Shown piece by piece: positions 57,533 to 64,000 of a stretch of 64,000 nt of DNA; the stretch's first letter is position 1; every line of letters starts with the position of its first letter. A model generated the notes under the pieces. That model ran no database searches. It was not told where the DNA came from and saw nothing but the letters and a program-made list of their open reading frames with translations. Location: the IMG/VR virus record IMGVR_UViG_3300030002_000007, positions 1 through 64,000 of that record, one strand, 5' to 3'. This DNA is from a virus. The translations under genes and the position numbers were made by a program.

Positions 57533-59448
57533 CGACAACGACAACAAAGAGTGCAGTACCTCGTAAATATGATTCGGATAGTATTGAAACACTTCAGTTC
57601 CCTCTCAACGTTAGAGCTAATGCGTCGCAGTACATCGGCGGTGTGGACGAGCAAGGTCTGTTCAACGTGTGGCGGGAGTTGGGAGACAATGCAGTTGATG
57701 AAGCATTAGCTGGACGCAACACCGGAGTCCTGTTCTACTTCGACAAGGACGGCAGCTACTGGGTGCAGGATAAGGGTCATGGCATCCCGCAAGGCATGAA
57801 GACGCAGATCATCAATGTGTCCGGCAAGCCGGTCAAGAGCCAGATGCCAACGATGCAAGCTGTGTTCGGCGCTCTGCATACCTCCGGCAAGTATCGCGAC
57901 GACGCGTACAAAGTGTCGATCGGGTCACACGGCATTGGCGCAAAGGGTACGAATGCGACGGCTGAGTTCTTCGAAGTGTGGACGAAGTACGAAAATCAGT
58001 GGTACAACATCGCATTCAAGAAAGGCCACTTGATCACCGGCGTGCGCAAATGCAACAGACCCAAAGCGCCAGTCGGCACGATCACTGAAGGCACGCTGAT
58101 CCACTACAAGCCGGACAGCACGATCTTCTCAGCCAAGCGCTTCCCAGTATCAATGGCCGTCGAGTGGGCACAGATCATGGCCTACATGAACCCCGGCTTC
58201 AAGATCATCCTTGCTGCTCATACCGGCAAGACGAAGAGCTTCTACTCCAAGCTGGGTGCAAAGGACTATATCACTGAGCGTTTGACGGTCATGAAGTGTG
58301 ATGCAGAGCCCTCCGTGTTCGAGCATCATTCGTCGTTGGCAGACGTCGTAATTGCCTTTTCATCCTACGATGGATCAGACCTCCGGGGTTTCACAAACGG
58401 CCTCTTCAACATACAGGGCGGGTATCATGTCGACGCTGTGTCGAAAGCCCTGTACCGAGCCATCGAGCCGTACAAGAACAAGAAGCACACGTTCACTCGC
58501 CGTGAGTTCGATGATGGGCTTCTCGGTATCGTGAATGCGAAGTTGCATAAGGCATCTTTCAGTTCGCAGGACAAGGCAAAGCTCACGGACACTCGCATGG
58601 GTGCCGAGTTCGAGGAAACGTTGTTCGCTGATGCTACTGCGTTCTTCAAGGGCAACAAAGCCTTGGCCCTTCGGCTGTGCGACAAGGCCAACAAGATCGC
58701 TGAATTGCGCACGAAGTTCAAGGCGTCCAAAGCTGTGGTGTCTGCGATCAACGGCATGAGGCGTGGTGGGTTGCCGTCGAATTACGCACCAGCAGGCCGA
58801 GACGTGAAGATCAAGGATCGCGAGTTGTTCATTGTCGAAGGGGAGTCAGCAGCAGGGGGCTTCCGCAAAGTACGCGCAAGGCACCAAGCATTGCTCCCCA
58901 TGCGTGGCAAGGTGTTGAACCTCCTGAAGAAGGGGCAGCAAGCCCTAGTGTCAAAGGCGATCATTGCCATCTTGGTGGCAGTCGGTTATGATGCAAAGGC
59001 TGAAGATCCTATCGGCAAGTTCCAGTTCGGACGGATCGTACTCCTTGCAGATGCTGATGCAGACGGCGGTCACATCAACAGCCTGTTGCTCACTCTGTTC
59101 TACAAGCTGATGCCTGAAGTGTTTGATCGAGGTTTGGTCTATGTGGCAGACATGCCGGAGTTCATGGCTCAGCCGAAGGGGTTGCTAGTCACAGGCAACT
59201 CGAACAGTGAAGTGCAAGCGAAGCTCAAGACGTTGGGATTGAAAGCGCCAGTGAAGCACTTCAAGGGATGGGGTGAAGTTGATCCACCTGTGCTGAAAAT
59301 CCTTGCTGTAAATGATTCACGTAAGCTGATCAAGATCCAACCGATCTCCAAAGAGTCGGGGGTTAGGTTTGAGGCCATCATGGCGAAGGACGTTGAGGCG
59401 AGGCGCGAGGCGCTTGGCATTACCGAGGAAAAGCACCATGCAGAGTAG
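57529..59448 (+). CDS. Type IIA topoisomerase B subunit (GyrB/ParE-like)
   Basis: ELGDNAVDE, D-G-GIP, LHTSGK, G-HGIG, VEGESA, PMRGK-LN, DADADG-HI, FKGWGE. Confidence 0.93.
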   Translation: MTTTTTKSAVPRKYDSDSIETLQFPLNVRANASQYIGGVDEQGLFNVWRELGDNAVDEALAGRNTGVLFYFDKDGSYWVQDKGHGIPQGMKTQIINVSGKPVKSQMPTMQAVFGALHTSGKYRDDAYKVSIGSHGIGAKGTNATAEFFEVWTKYENQWYNIAFKKGHLITGVRKCNRPKAPVGTITEGTLIHYKPDSTIFSAKRFPVSMAVEWAQIMAYMNPGFKIILAAHTGKTKSFYSKLGAKDYITERLTVMKCDAEPSVFEHHSSLADVVIAFSSYDGSDLRGFTNGLFNIQGGYHVDAVSKALYRAIEPYKNKKHTFTRREFDDGLLGIVNAKLHKASFSSQDKAKLTDTRMGAEFEETLFADATAFFKGNKALALRLCDKANKIAELRTKFKASKAVVSAINGMRRGGLPSNYAPAGRDVKIKDRELFIVEGESAAGGFRKVRARHQALLPMRGKVLNLLKKGQQALVSKAIIAILVAVGYDAKAEDPIGKFQFGRIVLLADADADGGHINSLLLTLFYKLMPEVFDRGLVYVADMPEFMAQPKGLLVTGNSNSEVQAKLKTLGLKAPVKHFKGWGEVDPPVLKILAVNDSRKLIKIQPISKESGVRFEAIMAKDVEARREALGITEEKHHAE

Positions 59449-61012
59449 GCCAGCAACACCTACGGTTAAGAAAGCAGTAACGAAGCGTGCATCACCCAAA
59501 GCAAAGGGCTTGGCAACACTGGGTGGTGGCATCGTGCGTGAAGGTTCGATTGACGACTACGCGCAGGAGACAATGAGTGAGTACGCTGAAGAAGTGAACC
59601 TAGCGCGCTCAGTGCCTGATTTGATGGATGGGCTGAAGCCTGTGCAACGACGCATCATGTGGTCAGCGCACAAGATGCCCGGTTCCGGTTTCCGCAAGAC
59701 AGCCCGCATAGTTGGTGATTGCATCGGTAAGTATCACCCACACGGTGACGGGTCAGTGGATGGGGCGATCGAGACGTTGGTGCAGCATCCAACGCCAACG
59801 ATGCTGGGTAGCGGCAATTGGGGCGGCTTGTTGGATAGCGCGGCAGCAATGCGATACACCAACTGCAAACTGTCCAGTTACGGCGAGTCCTTCTTCCTTC
59901 CTGACTACATCAACAGTTCGGTGACGTCGTTTGTTCCCAACTACGACGGCGAAGACGACGAGCCTGTGAGCTTGCCTTCAATGCTTCCGAACGTGCTGCT
60001 CAATGGTGGTGAAGGTATCGGCGTTGGCGTCACGACGTTGATCCCGACATTCAGCCCCGAGTCGATCATTATCATGCTGAAGCGCGTGCTTGCTGGCGAG
60101 ACACTGACTCCAGTCGACTACGCGAAGACCTTGAAGTTCCAGTCGAAGTGGGGTGGGCATGTATTGAACACCAAAGAGAATAGGGCGGCGTGGTTGCAAC
60201 TGTTCAAGACCGGATCGGCATCAGTGCAGTTCAAGGCTGCGTTGCACATTGATCGGAACGGCAAGGCGATCGAGATTGACGATTGGCCACCCGGCCTCAA
60301 TCCTGTGGCTTTGGTCGACAAGATCAGACCCAAGGAAATGAAGAACGGCAAGGTACGTGCAGGGCTTGCCGAGGTCGATCAGGTGTTCAATCACAACGGG
60401 GACACCGGCTTCCGCATCGAAATGAAGAAGGACCGGAACTACACGCAATTCGATGAACTGGTCAAGAAGATCGAACGCCTGACTACGTCGCGCAAGAGCT
60501 TCAAGATCAACGTTACTTATCGGAAAGCGACAGTGGAAGATGGCAAGGTGATCTTCAACACGCGGTTCCTGTCAGTGTCCATTCCGAAGTTGCTGTCCCT
60601 GTGGCTCAAGGAAAGGCTGCAGATCGAAAAGCGCAGTCTCGAGTATCGGCTGAAGAACCAAGCGGCTATGATCGCCTACTCGAAGCTCCTGATTTACGCA
60701 TCGACGAAACTCGAGGTCGTGTTTGCTGCATTGAAGTCTCAGGACTCCAAGGCTTACTTGGTGACGAACCTCAAGCTAACACCTGAGCAAGCCGACACGA
60801 TCCTTGAGTTGCGCGTTCGTCAGTTGTCGAAACTTGACAAGGCTGCAATGGAGTCGAAGCTCAAGGAACAGGTTGCCTTCGAGGCCCAGCTGCAGAAGTG
60901 GTACAAAGCCCCACGGGCCAAGGTGTCTGCTGATATGGACACTTGCCTACTGGCGATCCAGAAGGATCGGACCTATGAAAACGTGAAGGAAGAAGAGCTC
61001 ACGATTGCCTAA
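59438..61012 (+). CDS. Type IIA topoisomerase A subunit (GyrA/ParC-like, no C-terminal pinwheel)
   Basis: DGLKPVQRRI, KTARIVG, YHPHGD, AAAMRYT, LLNG-EGIGVG. Confidence 0.93.
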   Translation: MQSRPATPTVKKAVTKRASPKAKGLATLGGGIVREGSIDDYAQETMSEYAEEVNLARSVPDLMDGLKPVQRRIMWSAHKMPGSGFRKTARIVGDCIGKYHPHGDGSVDGAIETLVQHPTPTMLGSGNWGGLLDSAAAMRYTNCKLSSYGESFFLPDYINSSVTSFVPNYDGEDDEPVSLPSMLPNVLLNGGEGIGVGVTTLIPTFSPESIIIMLKRVLAGETLTPVDYAKTLKFQSKWGGHVLNTKENRAAWLQLFKTGSASVQFKAALHIDRNGKAIEIDDWPPGLNPVALVDKIRPKEMKNGKVRAGLAEVDQVFNHNGDTGFRIEMKKDRNYTQFDELVKKIERLTTSRKSFKINVTYRKATVEDGKVIFNTRFLSVSIPKLLSLWLKERLQIEKRSLEYRLKNQAAMIAYSKLLIYASTKLEVVFAALKSQDSKAYLVTNLKLTPEQADTILELRVRQLSKLDKAAMESKLKEQVAFEAQLQKWYKAPRAKVSADMDTCLLAIQKDRTYENVKEEELTIA

Positions 61013-61075
61013 TTTTTAAGCACGGATTTGCGAGGAGAACCAGCAGATATCTTGGTTTTCTTTGCGATGTAGTAC

Positions 61076-61104
61076 TTGTTTTCTCCTGCTTTTTCCTGTA
61101 AAAT
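61076..61104 (+). promoter_or_regulatory. Sigma70-type promoter
   Basis: TTGTTT-17-TAAAAT. Confidence 0.7.
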
Positions 61105-61190
61105 GAGGTTGTAGGGGCAACAAGGATGTTGTAAATCAAATGCAGGGATCCTCCCTGTATCATTTTCTAACTCGATAGAAGGAAAAAATC

Positions 61191-61514
61191 ATGTTGAAAG
61201 AACTCGCTCAAATCACCAAAGGCGTTCGTGTCCTGACCCGTGAAAATGGTTCACTGCAACGCAAGCTGACCGCCGCCGAAAACAAGATCGCGCGTTTGAC
61301 GGGCAAAGCCGTTCCGGTCAAGGCCGCGAAAGCCGCCAAAGCGCCGGTCGCCAAAACCGTCAAGGGTAAAGTCGCCAAGGCAGCGCCGGCGAAGGCAGTC
61401 AAGGCAGCGCCGGCAAAAGCCGCCAAGGTCGTCAAGGGTGCCGCCAAGAAGGCAGCTCCGGCGAAAGCAGTCAAGGGCGGTGGCAAGAAGGCAGCCTCCG
61501 AGTTCCTGCTGTAA
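61191..61514 (+). CDS. Histone H1-like basic protein
   Basis: N-terminal coiled coil plus KAAPAKA repeats. Confidence 0.75.
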   Translation: MLKELAQITKGVRVLTRENGSLQRKLTAAENKIARLTGKAVPVKAAKAAKAPVAKTVKGKVAKAAPAKAVKAAPAKAAKVVKGAAKKAAPAKAVKGGGKKAASEFLL

Positions 61515-61547
61515 TCGAAGCTGACGAGCAAGGCTGAAGTTGGAAGG

Positions 61548-61583
61548 AAGGGGAGAAAGCGTAAAGGCTATCTCCCCTTTCTC
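61548..61583 (+). terminator. Intrinsic terminator
   Basis: AAGGGGAGA / TCTCCCCTT stem with T-rich tail. Confidence 0.6.
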
Positions 61584-61629
61584 GCATTGTGCATCTGAAG
61601 TTCAACATCACTGATCGGGAGTAGCAACC

Positions 61630-62061
61630 ATGAGCAAATCGACGAAATCACCAACCAAGACGAAAAGCACGAAAGCCCCTGAGGCCAAGCCTGCATCCAT
61701 CCAAGACAAAGTCAAGGAAGCACGCACTGCAAACCCCTCACTGCATCTTCTATACACTGGCTGGGCAGTCAAGCACATCCTGTTACTCAACGACTGCATG
61801 GCTAAGCTGGCAGAGACTTCCAATAGCAACCTGCTTGCCGCACAATCTGCACTCGCTAACGCACGCGAGGATCTGATCCAGACCGATCCTGCATTCTTTG
61901 AAGCAGACGCCATCCTCGCTGGCATACAAGAGTATCTGCCGAAGCGATTGCGCTATGATCGTGAGCGGGGCACTGGTCGCCTAGTCGACACAGAGGGCAG
62001 CAAGATCGATCTTGCGACTCTGCAACCCATAGCGAGTAGTGACGCCGGGTTCGACGAGTAA
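61630..62061 (+). CDS. Hypothetical protein
   Basis: GGGAG RBS. Confidence 0.6.
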   Translation: MSKSTKSPTKTKSTKAPEAKPASIQDKVKEARTANPSLHLLYTGWAVKHILLLNDCMAKLAETSNSNLLAAQSALANAREDLIQTDPAFFEADAILAGIQEYLPKRLRYDRERGTGRLVDTEGSKIDLATLQPIASSDAGFDE

Positions 62062-62138
62062 CTGATTGCAACACGGCTGGTCAGTACGCCGGTATCTGAC
62101 CCACCGAACTTATCCGGCACTATAGGAGTAACAGTATC

Positions 62139-62468
62139 ATGAATGCATCTGATGAAAAATCCGTCGTTGCTTTTTTCCGCGAACTGCTCGAAGAGGGGCA
62201 TAGCAATACCCCAGTCGTAGCCTTCGACTCTTCCCACATTACCGGGAAGGTTCGGAACACTCGACGCAATCGCGCGATGGAAGACATCAATGACATCTTG
62301 TCAGGTTCAGACACTTGCGTCGAGCTAGGCGGCATTTACACCGTCTGCGAATACGAAAGCAACGTCTGGTTCTTGATTAAGGCGGAGTTGGCCACGTCTG
62401 CGACGAGTCTGTTCGATCCCGCGAAAAAGACGATAGCCGCAGCTCTCTGCGAAGAAGACGACGAGTAA
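62139..62468 (+). CDS. Hypothetical protein
   Basis: AGGAG RBS. Confidence 0.6.
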   Translation: MNASDEKSVVAFFRELLEEGHSNTPVVAFDSSHITGKVRNTRRNRAMEDINDILSGSDTCVELGGIYTVCEYESNVWFLIKAELATSATSLFDPAKKTIAAALCEEDDE

Positions 62469-62557
62469 CTGATGTAGTGTAGCAAAGAGAGGGAGCTCCG
62501 ACAGTGACGTCTCCCTCTCGTCGAATTTCATACATTCACCAACCGAGACGTGTTAGT

Positions 62558-62710
62558 GGAGGTGCAGCCATAGGTGTGACCACAACGGAGGCGTAGCCGC
62601 GAGTCTACGTAAGGCAGGACGGATTGGGAAAGCAGCGTTCACGTTGCGCACCCCCTAGCGGAGCCGTTGCATCTTGCCGAGTGCTGGTTCGAATCCAGCC
62701 ACCTCCACTA
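62558..62710 (+). ncRNA. tRNA/tmRNA-like structured RNA (~150 nt)
   Basis: Acceptor-like stem GGAGGTG/CACCTCC, perfect T-arm GCTGG TTCGAAT CCAGC, large structured interior. Confidence 0.65.
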
Positions 62711-62736
62711 ACATTTTTCCAGAAGGAGAGCACAGC

Positions 62737-63699
62737 ATGTCTGATACAAAATCTGCAGTCGAACAACGCATTGTCAAACTCGATCGACTCGTCGCACGGA
62801 CCAAGGCGATCGCACTGGGGTTGGCTGATCTGTACGTGTGTAACAAGCCCAACCGTCTCAAATCGCTAACGGCGGCGATGAAGACTGTCGACGCCCTGCG
62901 TGCTGAAAAGGTAGTCGGGACCCGCCTCGTGATCGATACGTGCATGAATGAGCTGACCAGTTTGCGCGAAGGCATCTTCACAGGTGCTGCCCTCGACAAA
63001 TCTGACCTCCAGATTCAAACGTGTGCTGCAGCCGTTGGGAAGTTCCAAGAGCTTATGGCATCTGCCCGTCGCCGGCTGGACAGCATGAAGCGCGACAATG
63101 CCGAAGAGCAAGGCATCGAAGTCGAGGCTGACGTTGATTACTCGGAACTGGCAATCATCAAGAACCTGAAAGAGAAAGCGAAGCTGCCAGAGATCAAGGG
63201 CAAGGCCTTCGTCGTCGGTCGGGCGCCTGTGGTCATCGTCACTACGCCGGGTGGTGGTTCGTCCTCTGGTGTTCCGGGTGCGAAGAAGGTCACCTTCCAG
63301 CAAAAGGACAACCCATCGAACTTCGTCAACCGCACCGTTCTGGAGAAGGGTGGCTTCAGCGTCGACAACATCGACGGCTATGCGATCATTCACGACCAGT
63401 TAGTGATTGGCGTCAACAAGTCGATGATCGAACTCGACAAGCGTGGCCGTCCGGCGGAGACGATTCAGGAAGTGGCGCAGCGGGTCATGACTTCATTGTC
63501 CAAGGCCTCCAAGAAGCAAATGACGCTGGTCACTGACGGCGTGTATGGCTACGGCGGCGGCTCGTGGTTCTGGATCATGCCTGAGAAAGAGATGAGCCTC
63601 TTCTCAAAAGCGTTCCCCGGTGGTCACCCCAAGTTGAAGGTTTGGGGGTTGGCCTTTGCGAATCACTCACAGACCATGGTTCGTCGCACCAAGGTCTAA
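62737..63699 (+). CDS. Hypothetical protein
   Basis: AAGGAG RBS, 320 aa. Confidence 0.7.
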   Translation: MSDTKSAVEQRIVKLDRLVARTKAIALGLADLYVCNKPNRLKSLTAAMKTVDALRAEKVVGTRLVIDTCMNELTSLREGIFTGAALDKSDLQIQTCAAAVGKFQELMASARRRLDSMKRDNAEEQGIEVEADVDYSELAIIKNLKEKAKLPEIKGKAFVVGRAPVVIVTTPGGGSSSGVPGAKKVTFQQKDNPSNFVNRTVLEKGGFSVDNIDGYAIIHDQLVIGVNKSMIELDKRGRPAETIQEVAQRVMTSLSKASKKQMTLVTDGVYGYGGGSWFWIMPEKEMSLFSKAFPGGHPKLKVWGLAFANHSQTMVRRTKV

Positions 63700-63709
63700 G
63701 GAGACATCT

Positions 63710-64000
63710 ATGAAGCTCAAGGCCGTGGAAAGGTTGACAGCTGTACCTCAGCTAATCTCGTTGAACGACGTCGAGGTCAAGGACGCCATACTTGACTGCA
63801 AGAAGAACTTCGATGCGGCTAAAGATGTAGAATCGATCGGCTCAGGTGCAAAGCTGTTTCAGTTGGACACACCTAGTGGTGGATACTTCTTCGTTATGGA
63901 AACTTCCTCCCGTGAGATTCACTACTTGGTGCGCTACAAGCAAGTGGAGCTTAGTTCCAAGCTTAATCTTCCATCTGGAAGTTCCGCCTGCCGTCAAGTC
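63710..64000 (+). CDS. Partial CDS with LKAVERLTA N-terminal motif
   Basis: AAGGAG RBS; frame open to the window end. Confidence 0.6.
   Translation, partial: MKLKAVERLTAVPQLISLNDVEVKDAILDCKKNFDAAKDVESIGSGAKLFQLDTPSGGYFFVMETSSREIHYLVRYKQVELSSKLNLPSGSSACRQV

Noticed and set aside
30139-61012. Inteins, introns or homing endonucleases in polymerase, helicases, ligase or topoisomerase
   Set aside because: Motif spacing is continuous and no splicing, LAGLIDADG or HNH signatures were noticed.
62632-62647. TTCA loop as the UCA anticodon of a Sec or opal-suppressor tRNA
   Set aside because: The loop is 4-6 nt rather than a canonical 7-nt anticodon loop and is not in cloverleaf position; kept only as speculation.
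62674-62736. 5' extension of the 62674-63699 ORF
   Set aside because: It overlaps the tRNA-like element; the ATG at 62737 has a strong AAGGAG RBS.
1-64000. Genome-wide stop-codon reassignment
   Set aside because: Conserved genes are full length under the standard code and many TGA stops overlap the next start; only the portal TGA looks anomalous.

Overview
A 64-kb segment of a large lytic dsDNA (jumbo-type) phage genome, gene-dense with no integrase, CRISPR array or rRNA. Two divergent arms meet at a ~670-bp structured intergenic region (35273-35942) that is a candidate replication origin. The minus-strand arm (1-35272) carries packaging genes (portal, large terminase), recombination/repair genes (RuvC-like, RecA/UvsX, SSB, MmcB-like, SbcD-like), a sigma factor, spanins, dNMP kinase, primase and a family-A DNA polymerase. 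It also carries a 7-deazaguanine DNA-modification cluster (folE, queE, dpdA/TGT-like, queC, queD) interleaved with a phosphoribosyltransferase, a DUF2264 protein, a glycosyltransferase-like protein and an APS-kinase-like protein. The plus-strand arm carries two helicase-type genes, an NAD-dependent ligase, many small early genes behind sigma70-type promoters, a two-subunit type II topoisomerase, basic/acidic nucleoid-like proteins and a ~150-nt tRNA/tmRNA-like RNA. The most notable observations are the expanded deazaguanine cluster, a stand-alone 79-aa copy of an internal portal segment, a shared N-terminal [IL]x-A-[AV]-x-R-L-x-A motif on five proteins, an in-frame TGA in the portal tail, and the tRNA-like RNA. 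All functional calls come from motifs recognised by eye; no database searches were run.
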